From assembly GCA_033763455.1 (NCBI GenBank), contig JANRKO010000072.1:1-19908 (forward strand): DNA of 19,908 nt, given 5' to 3'. Of this stretch, positions 1 to 7,482 are shown one piece after another; position 1 is the first letter of the stretch; each line of letters starts with the position of its first letter. Position numbers and translations under genes: made by a program. The notes below the pieces were generated by a model. It did not search any database. It was not told the DNA's origin and saw only the letters and a list, made by a program, of their open reading frames with translations. Origin of the DNA: Polyangiaceae bacterium. Its GTDB lineage: Bacteria; Myxococcota_A; Polyangia; Polyangiales; Polyangiaceae.

Positions 1-138
1 ATCGCGGTCCTCGGCGGTCACATCAGGTACAAGCCGAACCCGGGTTGGCTCACGCTCGCCCGAGGCTTTGAAAAACTAAGCACCCTGACCGAAGGCTGGA
101 CCGCCGCCAAATTACAGCTACACAGTGATCAACCATGA
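1..138 (+). CDS. IS4-family (IS50/Tn5-like) transposase, C-terminal fragment; runs off the left edge
   Basis: Manual translation of frame +1 gives IAVLGGHIRYKPNPGWLTLARGFEKLSTLTEGWTAAKLQLHSDQP* (TGA 136-138). This matches the IAxLGG...PGWxTLxRG..L...GW pattern of the Tn5/IS4 dimerisation domain. Confidence 0.85.
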   Translation: MAVLGGHIRYKPNPGWLTLARGFEKLSTLTEGWTAAKLQLHSDQP

Positions 139-139
139 G
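1..139 (+). mobile_element. Right end of an IS4-family insertion sequence; probable terminal inverted repeat GTGATCAACCATGAG (125-139) overlapping the transposase stop
   Basis: In IS50-like elements the transposase stop typically lies within the right IR, which ends in ...AG. The left end is outside the window, so the IR and target duplication cannot be confirmed. Confidence 0.6.
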
Positions 140-284
140 GCGATGGCAAGTATCGGAATGGCGAGCCCGTAGGGTTATTGGAACGCGAGGCGGATACTTT
201 GCATGGCAAGTATTCGTTTCACGGCGCGACCCCTCGCCGATCGCCGGACATGCGATAAGGCGGGAGGGGGAAGGTGCTCAACGC

Positions 285-463
285 TGAGGTTGTGGTGAGC
301 GTTGAGGTTGTGGTGAGCGTTGGGGTTGTGGTGAGCGTTGGGGTTGTGGTGAGCGTTGGGGTTGTGGTGAGCGGTGAGGTTGTGGTGAGCGGTGAGGTTG
401 TGGTGAGCGGTGAGGTTGTGGTGAGCGGTGAGGTTGTGGTGAGCGGTGAGGTTTGTGGTGAGG
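285..463. repeat. 18-bp tandem repeat TGRGGTTGTGGTGAGCGK, 9 full copies plus one degenerate copy
   Basis: Units start at 285, 303, 321, 339, 357, 375, 393, 411 and 429. A degenerate copy with an extra T starts at 447. There are no spacers. The unit has a hexamer substructure GTTGAG/GTTGTG/GTGAGC. Confidence 0.97.
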
Positions 464-509
464 GGCGTTCGGCTTCGAATCTGCGGGGGGAGTTTGACGA
501 CGTGGGAAG

Positions 510-1733
510 TTACTCGCTGTCGACTTTTGGGCCGCTCATGGGGTGTTTGCTCTCGCTACGCACGCGTAGTTTGCGAATGCGTTTGGCGTTTTGTGAGGGC
601 GGGGGGGGGACCAGGCCTCGCAGGGTGAGCACCTTGCCGTAACACAAGAGAGTGTCGCCCGTAGCGATCACGTGGTCATCCTTTGGATTCGGGATCGTGA
701 CGCTTTCGCGTGCGATACTGAGCACCACAACATCGCGAGCACGCAGCCCGCACGCCTCGATGCTTTTTCCGCAAAGCTCGGACTCCGGGGAGACCTTGAA
801 TTCCGTCACTCCGTAGCCGTTGCGCAGGGTGAGGCGTTGTCGAATATCCACCTCAGGCAAGAGTACTTCCTCCTCAATGAGCTGGATCACGGCGTCCGCC
901 ACGTCAATTTCACTCGCGTGCTCAATGCCTTCCAGCCCCGGACTTGAGTTTACCTCCATCACGAGCGGGCCCTCTCGACCCTCCAACATGTCGACACCAG
1001 CAAAACGCAACCCCAAGACCTGCGCTGCGTGAACGGCTGTGCGTTCATATTCAGGGTCAAGAGTAATGGATTCAGTGACGCCTCCGCGATGTAAATTGCT
1101 TCGAAATTCATCGCCCTGCGCAACACGGCGCATCGCGGCTATTACTCTGTCGCCACACACAATGGCGCGAATGTCCCGCCCGCGACTTTCACTGATGAAA
1201 CGCTGCACCAACACATGCTGCTTGGCCCCCTCCTGGAGCGCCTCCACGATGGCTTCGGCAACTTTACGGGTCTCGGCCAAAATCACGCCGATACCTTGAG
1301 TGCCTTCGAGCAGCTTGATCACGCTTGGCATACCGACTCGATCCAGCGTGGCCACGATGGACCCCTTGTCTTTCACGAAGATCGTACGCGGAAACCCGAC
1401 GCGATGGCGGCTCAATACTTGGATGCTCCGGAGCTTGTCTCGCGAGACGCTGATACTGTGGCTCGGATTCAAACAGAATACTCCCATCTGTTCGAATTGT
1501 CGCACGACGGCACACCCGAAGAATGTAATGGAAGCCCCAATGCGAGGAATTACCGCATCGAATTGGCGCACCTGGCGATTCTTGAAATAGAGCTGGGGGC
1601 TGCCCTGCTCCACATCGATCGAGAAGCGCATCGGATCGAGCACGAGTGCCTGGTGCCCTCGTTTGACGCAGGCTTCTTTGATACGCCGCGTGCTGTAGAG
1701 CTTGCTGCTGCGAGAAAGGATGGCGATTCTCAT
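510..1733 (-). CDS. rimK: RimK-family ATP-grasp alpha-L-glutamate ligase with C-terminal TrkA_C (RCK_C) domain
   Basis: MRIAILSR..LYSTRR, DAVIPRIGASITFFG, SRDKLRS, KLLEGTQGIGV, DIR, FRSNLHRGG and EVNSSPGLEGIE are all RimK hallmarks. An extra domain follows: GYGVTEFKVSPESELCGKSI...VVVLSIAR...IPNP...IATGDTLLCYG (TrkA_C-like). Confidence 0.95.
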   Translation of the reverse strand: MRIAILSRSSKLYSTRRIKEACVKRGHQALVLDPMRFSIDVEQGSPQLYFKNRQVRQFDAVIPRIGASITFFGCAVVRQFEQMGVFCLNPSHSISVSRDKLRSIQVLSRHRVGFPRTIFVKDKGSIVATLDRVGMPSVIKLLEGTQGIGVILAETRKVAEAIVEALQEGAKQHVLVQRFISESRGRDIRAIVCGDRVIAAMRRVAQGDEFRSNLHRGGVTESITLDPEYERTAVHAAQVLGLRFAGVDMLEGREGPLVMEVNSSPGLEGIEHASEIDVADAVIQLIEEEVLLPEVDIRQRLTLRNGYGVTEFKVSPESELCGKSIEACGLRARDVVVLSIARESVTIPNPKDDHVIATGDTLLCYGKVLTLRGLVPPPPSQNAKRIRKLRVRSESKHPMSGPKVDSE

Positions 1734-2203
1734 TTGGAACTTCCGGCCACAGATGAAGTTAGCCTAGCGGGCTTCGTTTTTCTCGTAATCATTCGATGAG
1801 CGCAGTTGACAACAAACTGCCCAGCTAAGGCGGTGCGGCCGATGAGCATCCGGAACCGCATGTCTCCGCGATCGACCAGACTGAGTTCGATTTCTAGCTC
1901 AATCCCGCCGAGCACCATGAGTGTCTTCACAAAGTAACGAAACGTTTCGTGGCCGTTGCTCGAACGCACCGGCGACAGGCGACTGGGGCGCGTTACTACT
2001 GGGATCCACTTGTCAGGATCGGCGTCTGTCACCACATCAAAAGCGATACGATTGCCGCGAAGCCGGCGGATGTTTTCCACGTGAACGGCAGAGGTGCGAG
2101 CGCCAGTATCGATTTTGGCTTTCAGCTTCTTCACGCCCCAGGCTGGAAGAGCGACTCGCTCACTCCAACCAACCATGACGAGCTCAGTATGTGGGGGCTT
2201 CAT
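1730..2203 (-). CDS. RimK-associated retropepsin-like protease (RimB / 'ATP-dependent zinc protease' family)
   Basis: Motifs VGWSERVALP, KAKIDTGARTSAVH (DTG catalytic motif), VRSSNG, ELSLVDRGDMRFRMLIGRTAL. ATGA overlap with the rimK start. Confidence 0.92.
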   Translation of the reverse strand: MKPPHTELVMVGWSERVALPAWGVKKLKAKIDTGARTSAVHVENIRRLRGNRIAFDVVTDADPDKWIPVVTRPSRLSPVRSSNGHETFRYFVKTLMVLGGIELEIELSLVDRGDMRFRMLIGRTALAGQFVVNCAHRMITRKTKPARLTSSVAGSSK

Positions 2204-3071
2204 GGTCGTCGATGGTGGCTACGGTTGAGCTCGGGCGCCTCTGCTCAAGGCGGACATTGAACTCCGCTCCGAGCAGGAGGGCAACACAGCAGCCCCAGAG
2301 CCAGGCCAAGGTGATCGCTACGGCAGCCAAGCTCCCGTAAAAGAGGCGAAATTGCGCCAAATGAGTGGCGTAATACCCGAACGCAATCGATGAGATCACG
2401 CCGATCCCGATGGCAACCAGCGCTCCCGGCCACACTCGGCGCCGAAACCCGGGGCGCCTGAGCGCGATGCGGTAGAAGGCAGCCAATAGCCCCGTGGCGG
2501 TCAAGAGCGCCATCACGAGCGACGTCAGATACGCGAAAGAGACGGAGAGCCCAGTGACACGGGTCACCAAGAGCTCAAGTAACCTCGACGGGCCACCTAA
2601 GATGAGAACCGTAGCGAACCCACTGAGGCTCAACGCCAGAGCGCCGACGAGCACGCAGCCCAAGGCGATGATACGTTTCTGAACCCAGGAGCGGCGGACC
2701 ACTTGGGCCGTTTCCTCAAAAACCCGGAGCGGTGTGTGGAACGCTGAAGAGGCCATCCAGAGCGCCCCGAGAGCCGAAATGGGTGCCACGGCACCTGCGG
2801 AAAATGCCCGGAACTGTAGGGTTAACACCTCGTGCACTTGGCTCGGCGTCACGTTGAGCAGCGAGGAAATGGTCTGTAGAGATGCTTGACTGTCGTGAAC
2901 CACGGTAGCAGTTAGCCAACCAACAAAGGCGAGCATCGGGATCGATGCTAAGAACAAATCAAACGCCATTGCACTCGCTGCGCGCGTGATACGTTCCTTC
3001 GCGAAGATCTCGATCAGCCGCTCCCACCGATTGGTGAGTGACTGAGGATTCAAGCTTTCGGTTCGGCTCAT
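2184..3071 (-). CDS. YihY/virulence factor BrkB family inner-membrane protein
   Basis: ASAMAFDLFLASIP, ALWMASS, WPGALVA, YGSLAAVAITLAWLW...LLGAEFN; several transmembrane segments. Start is either ATG 3071 (chosen) or 3119. Overlaps the start of the protease gene by 20 bp. Confidence 0.9.
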   Translation of the reverse strand: MSRTESLNPQSLTNRWERLIEIFAKERITRAASAMAFDLFLASIPMLAFVGWLTATVVHDSQASLQTISSLLNVTPSQVHEVLTLQFRAFSAGAVAPISALGALWMASSAFHTPLRVFEETAQVVRRSWVQKRIIALGCVLVGALALSLSGFATVLILGGPSRLLELLVTRVTGLSVSFAYLTSLVMALLTATGLLAAFYRIALRRPGFRRRVWPGALVAIGIGVISSIAFGYYATHLAQFRLFYGSLAAVAITLAWLWGCCVALLLGAEFNVRLEQRRPSSTVATIDDHEAPTY

Positions 3072-3252
3072 GGCGGAACTTTGCCTGATTTGTTTGAATT
3101 TGAGGAGCGAGCGGTGCATCTTTCGCGCATGCCTACCTGGTGAGCACAGTACGAGTGTGTGGGATTCCTGCAGAATTGTTGATTGCCGAGCTTCCCATAA
3201 GACTTGCCAAGCGCGGGCCTCACGTGGCTAGAATGACGCCTTCGAGGGCCTT

Positions 3253-4968
3253 ATGCAGTTACGTGCACTCACGCAAGCCTCACCGGTTTCAGGGCTCGGC
3301 TTGCCACCGATCGTTCTTGCGTTGCTGCTCAATGCGTGCGGTAGCGGGTCTGCCGGAGGTAGCGCAGGCATGGGAAACGGCGCCAGCACTCCCGTCGCGA
3401 CGGGGATGCCGAGTGCAACCTCGACAGACCCCCCCCCAGTCTCTACAGGTTCACCTCCAGGTACTCCCGGACAGCCACCGGGCGACGTCGCACGGCGGCT
3501 TTCGCGGACTGAGCTCAATAACACAATCCAAGATCTGCTCGGGGATACTTCGGCGCCCGCTTCCCGCTTCCTCGCAGAGGACGAATACACTCCCTTCGAC
3601 AACGATAGCGGGCGTCAGCAGGCCTCTTCTGCGTTGATCGAAACCCTCGAAGCTTTGGCGACGGATGTTTCCAAGAAGGTCCTGGCCGATTCTGCACTTC
3701 GTTCTCGATTGGTCCCTTGTGCAGCGAGTGGTGTGGCGGATACTGGCTGCTTTAGCCAAGTGGTTAAGGCATTGGGGCAGCGAGCCTTTCGTCGGCCGTT
3801 CGCCGACACGGAAGTGGCGCAGTACTTGCCGCTGCTTACCCTGGTTCAAAACGAAGGGCAGGCGGTGGGGGCCACCTTTGATACAGCGGTTGAGCTCGCG
3901 GTGCGCAGCTTTATACAAGATCCGGAGTTTCTCTACCGCATCGAAATCGGGAGCCCAACTGCTGCGGGTGCGCAGCTTACCAGCTACGAAACAGCCACTC
4001 GCCTCTCGTATCTGTTGTTGGGAACCATGCCGGACGCAGCCCTCTTTGCCAAGGCCCAGGCCGGCGAATTGTTAACACCGGCTAGCCGTGAGAGCGAAGC
4101 TTTGCGCTTGTTGAGCGAGCCGCGAGCTCGCAACCAATGGTACCGATTCCACGCCATGTGGTTGGGTTATCGCTCGATTCCGCAGGCGCAGGCGCTTGCC
4201 ACTTCGATGTCAGAAGAGAGCAATCATCTGATCGATAGGGCTGCCTTTGACAAAGGATCCTACCTCACGCTTTTTCAGTCCAACGAAACCTACCTGGATA
4301 CCACGCTCGCGACGCATTACGCCTTGCCCGCACCCAGTGTGGCAACGGGTGCCTGGGTGCAATACCCTACCGATAGCAACCGCGCCGGGATCTTGTCGCA
4401 AGGCAGCGTGCTCTCGGGGTTCAGCAAATTCTCTGATACGAGCCCCACCCAACGCGGCATTTTGGTGCGCACGCGTTTGATGTGTGAAGATATCCCGCCG
4501 CCGCCAGCGGTGGTGGATGTGGATAAAGCTCCGATGAGCGCCACCTCCAACTGTAAGATCGATAGGTATGCGGCACACCGTGAAACGCCTAGTTGTGCCC
4601 AGTGCCACGAGGGTATGGATCTCATTGGCTTTGGTTTGGAGAACTTTGATATGGCCGGTCGTTACCGGGATCACGACGACGGCCACCCAGAATGCGCCAT
4701 CAGCGGGCAAGGGAGCGTTCCGGTGCTGGGCGCGTTCAAAGGCCCCAAAGAGCTCTCTGAAAAGCTCATCGCCGCCCGCAAGATTGAGGCCTGTATGGTG
4801 CAACACTTCAATGCGTTTGCGAGCGGCCGAACTCGCCGGCCAGACGACGCGACGGTGCTCGCTCCTTTGGTGGAGCGCTTTGCTCAGAGTGGATATTCAT
4901 TTCAGGATCTGGTGCTCGGCTATGTCGGCAGTGCCGAGTTCGTCGTAAAAAAGGCGGTGGCGCCGTGA
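3253..4968 (+). CDS. DUF1592-family lipoprotein (DUF1587/DUF1595/DUF1592/DUF1588/DUF1585 domains) with a CxxCH haem-binding motif
   Basis: Lipobox LLLNAC, G/S/P/T-rich linker, RRLSRTELNNTIQDLLG, RAFRRP, ETATRLSYLLLGTMPD, RAGILSQ...TSPTQRG, CAQCH (4594-4608), GFGLENFDMAGRYR. Confidence 0.9.
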   Translation: MQLRALTQASPVSGLGLPPIVLALLLNACGSGSAGGSAGMGNGASTPVATGMPSATSTDPPPVSTGSPPGTPGQPPGDVARRLSRTELNNTIQDLLGDTSAPASRFLAEDEYTPFDNDSGRQQASSALIETLEALATDVSKKVLADSALRSRLVPCAASGVADTGCFSQVVKALGQRAFRRPFADTEVAQYLPLLTLVQNEGQAVGATFDTAVELAVRSFIQDPEFLYRIEIGSPTAAGAQLTSYETATRLSYLLLGTMPDAALFAKAQAGELLTPASRESEALRLLSEPRARNQWYRFHAMWLGYRSIPQAQALATSMSEESNHLIDRAAFDKGSYLTLFQSNETYLDTTLATHYALPAPSVATGAWVQYPTDSNRAGILSQGSVLSGFSKFSDTSPTQRGILVRTRLMCEDIPPPPAVVDVDKAPMSATSNCKIDRYAAHRETPSCAQCHEGMDLIGFGLENFDMAGRYRDHDDGHPECAISGQGSVPVLGAFKGPKELSEKLIAARKIEACMVQHFNAFASGRTRRPDDATVLAPLVERFAQSGYSFQDLVLGYVGSAEFVVKKAVAP

Positions 4969-6479
4969 GCGGTAAGTTAAATCGCCGGGCTGTTCTGCGG
5001 GGCGTGGGTGGCCTCGCCGTGAGCTTGCCCGTCCTTGAATGCATGCTCAACCAGCACGGAACGGCGTTGGCCCAAGGCGCGGCCCTTCCGAAACGGTACG
5101 GCATCATCTTCGCGGGGCAAGCTATCGGGGGAGATGGCTGGGCCAAAGATAACTACATTTTGAAAGGCGTCCGCACCACGGAAGCAGGTCATTTTATCGT
5201 ACCCCCGGAGGCCGGGGCCGGCTATTCAATCACAACCCCGCTCATGCCACTCGCCGCGCTGAAAGGCGACGTGAGCGTGCTTTCGGGTCTCCAAATTCCC
5301 TTCGACAAGAACTCCACCGAGGGTGCAGCCGTGCCGCCGGGCGGGGCGTACAGAGATTTTCACGGTGGCGGTGCATCACCGCTCTTGTGCGGCACTCGCT
5401 CGACAACATCGTCTTTTCGGGCAGCGTCTATCACGTCGGATCAAGTGGTCGCCGGGTTATCAACGGTGCCGGTTCGTTCGTTGGTATATCGAGCCCAGCC
5501 TTCTTGGTATCTGAGTGGAAGCTCGTTTTCGGGCCGTCAATACATTTCGTATGATGCCAACGGTGCGATAGAGGCGCAAGTGAGCCCACAAGTGGCTTAT
5601 CAATCTCTGTTTGCCAATTTTACACCGATGGGTGGGCAGGCGCAGGCTGCGCAAGTGTTCGATCAGTTAGCCCGAAAGAGCGTGCTCGATAGCATCCTCG
5701 TAAAGAGCGATCCTTTGCTCCAGCGTGTGAGCGCGGCAGATCGGGTGCGGCTAGCACGCCATTTTGATGAGTTGCGCGCCTTGGAGGTCCGCATCGCAGC
5801 GGGGCCCATGGAAAATAGCGGGCAATGCCAGGTCCCAGCCCAGCCACCCGCTGATCCAGCCACAGGCCAAGATAACGCCGGGGCAGACGCCGCCAGCATC
5901 AGCTCTACAACGGGCTATAGTGACGAACACACTCGCTCAAGGCTTTTGGCGGATCTCATCCATATGGCTTTCGTGTGCGACATCACACGCGTTGCGACCT
6001 TGCAGGTTACGGTGTTTCAATCACACATGAACGTGTATGAGATCACCAGGGCGTTGGGTAATCCGATGCTTGCCGATCTGCACGAGGTGGGCCACAACGG
6101 AGACCCGGATAATAAAGGCCAACTGCCAGTGAGCATGTGCTTGCAGTGGCACGTAAGCCACTACGCGTACCTGCTGGACAAGCTTAAGAATACACCGGAG
6201 GGTGCCGGCAACGTGCTGGATAACAGCGCCATCGTGTTCATGCCGGAGGCAGGGCACGGCCTCCAGTTGAACGACGGCGTCTCTGTGGATCAGACGCACT
6301 CGGTCGACCAGATGGTGCTCTTGGTTGCAGGTCGCGCCGGGGGCCTCAAGGCTGGTGTTCACCTCCCCACGGCGGGTCGGCATCCGGCTTCCGTGCTCAT
6401 CAGTGCGATGCGGGCGGTCGGATATAGTGGGGACTCGCTTGGCGAAGTCACCGGTGGGATTAGCGAAATGTTTGCCTAA
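4965..6479 (+). CDS. DUF1552 (HXXSHH-family) Tat-exported protein
   Basis: Twin-arginine leader LNRRAVLRGVGGLAVSLPVLE, SDQVVA, SPQVAYQSLF, RKSVLD, DRVRLARHFDELRALE, AFVCDITRVATL, YLLDKLKNTPEGAGNVLDNS. GTGA overlap with the DUF1592 gene, which is the canonical pairing. Confidence 0.9.
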   Translation: MSGKLNRRAVLRGVGGLAVSLPVLECMLNQHGTALAQGAALPKRYGIIFAGQAIGGDGWAKDNYILKGVRTTEAGHFIVPPEAGAGYSITTPLMPLAALKGDVSVLSGLQIPFDKNSTEGAAVPPGGAYRDFHGGGASPLLCGTRSTTSSFRAASITSDQVVAGLSTVPVRSLVYRAQPSWYLSGSSFSGRQYISYDANGAIEAQVSPQVAYQSLFANFTPMGGQAQAAQVFDQLARKSVLDSILVKSDPLLQRVSAADRVRLARHFDELRALEVRIAAGPMENSGQCQVPAQPPADPATGQDNAGADAASISSTTGYSDEHTRSRLLADLIHMAFVCDITRVATLQVTVFQSHMNVYEITRALGNPMLADLHEVGHNGDPDNKGQLPVSMCLQWHVSHYAYLLDKLKNTPEGAGNVLDNSAIVFMPEAGHGLQLNDGVSVDQTHSVDQMVLLVAGRAGGLKAGVHLPTAGRHPASVLISAMRAVGYSGDSLGEVTGGISEMFA

Positions 6480-6497
6480 GGTGGGGCAGGCGTTGAG

Positions 6498-7046
6498 TTG
6501 GAAGTCCCGCGGCGGCTAGAAGGTCGAATTGTGAACCATCGGCACTTCCCCATTCGCGCAGCTTCAGTGTTGTTGGTACTCGGCGTGAGCCCAACGGTGC
6601 TCGGAGCTGAACGGGAACGAGGGCAGGACGTTCGCGTGGCCACCGTGAGCCAACCGGGCACCCAAACGCCGAAAGCAACGTTGGCTAAAACAGTCACGCT
6701 CTATAGCCTCTACGGGGCTTCGGGGGTGAGCTTGGTCGCATCTGGGGTGTTTGGCTGGAAAAGCCTCGACGCCAAGAACGAAGCCGATACGGAAGCGCAG
6801 CTTGGCGCATCTGGCTTTTGCAGCACACTAGTTACCTCCACCTGTTCCCACTACGCCAACCTGCGGGAAGAGCAGAATGTCTTCGCGCTGAGGGCATGGG
6901 GCCTCCTCGGAACCTCTACGCTCCTGGCTCTTTCGGGGTTGGCCGTCGGAGAATTCTGGCCCAATAGTCGTTACCCTGTAGTGGCAACGCTCCGCCCGGC
7001 TGACAGCGGAGGTATGGTCACGTTTGAGGGTCGCTGGGGTCTATAG
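6498..7046 (+). CDS. Hypothetical membrane/exported protein resembling the C-terminal module of myxobacterial PEGA/TPR proteins; start uncertain (TTG 6498 or GTG 6531)
   Basis: Signal-like hydrophobic stretch, two Gly-rich hydrophobic helices flanking a Cys pair (FCSTLVTSTC), and a terminal beta-strand GGMVTFEGRW. It fills the gap after the DUF1552 gene on the same strand. Confidence 0.6.
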   Translation: MEVPRRLEGRIVNHRHFPIRAASVLLVLGVSPTVLGAERERGQDVRVATVSQPGTQTPKATLAKTVTLYSLYGASGVSLVASGVFGWKSLDAKNEADTEAQLGASGFCSTLVTSTCSHYANLREEQNVFALRAWGLLGTSTLLALSGLAVGEFWPNSRYPVVATLRPADSGGMVTFEGRWGL

Positions 7047-7077
7047 AGTAGGGCGCAGCAACTTGAGGCAGAGCGCC

Positions 7078-7482
7078 TCAGGCGGGCGCAAACGGCGAAA
7101 TATCTGCCACTTCGTGGGCACCGAAGTCCACATGCAAGCAGTTGCCGTCCGGATCTTTAATGTTAACTTGATACGAGCCGAAGCCGGGCACCACCCCTAC
7201 GCGGTATCCTACGCGGCAGGCCCGCAAATGCGCGAGGAAATCGGCTAGCCCCTCTGCGCTGATAGCAAAGTGTTGAAGCTGAGGCCGCTCTGGTGGGGTA
7301 GGTGGCTCCTGGGCCTCCACGAGGTGCACAATAGGGGTATCCCCCAGGTACATCCACGCTCCAGGGAATGCGAAAGGTGGCCTCACGCCTTCCACCAAAC
7401 CGAGGACGCGCGAGTAAAACTCTCGGAGCACGGCAACGCGCTCGGTTCGTAGATTTACGTGATCAAGTCGGTGGAGTTGCAT
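7078..7482 (-). CDS. VOC (glyoxalase/bleomycin resistance/dioxygenase) family protein
   Basis: LDHVNLRT...FYSRVLGL...RPPFAFPGAW...HL...HFA...QVNIKDPDGN. Confidence 0.92.
   Translation of the reverse strand: MQLHRLDHVNLRTERVAVLREFYSRVLGLVEGVRPPFAFPGAWMYLGDTPIVHLVEAQEPPTPPERPQLQHFAISAEGLADFLAHLRACRVGYRVGVVPGFGSYQVNIKDPDGNCLHVDFGAHEVADISPFAPA

Noticed and set aside
285..463. Possible CRISPR array
   Set aside because: Units are directly adjacent with no unique spacers, are only 18 bp, and no cas genes are in the window.
601..609. G9 run in rimK as a phase-variation tract
   Set aside because: It encodes the PPPP linker after all folded domains, so slippage would alter only the tail; it is explained by Pro codons.
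274..642. ORF with (VVVSGE)n repeats
   Set aside because: It is the translation of the stop-free 18-bp repeat and runs antisense into the rimK 3' end; nothing else supports coding.
7064..7080. Hairpin TGAGGC-N5-GCCTCA between convergent genes
   Set aside because: A 6-bp stem without a U-tract is expected by chance in GC-rich DNA.
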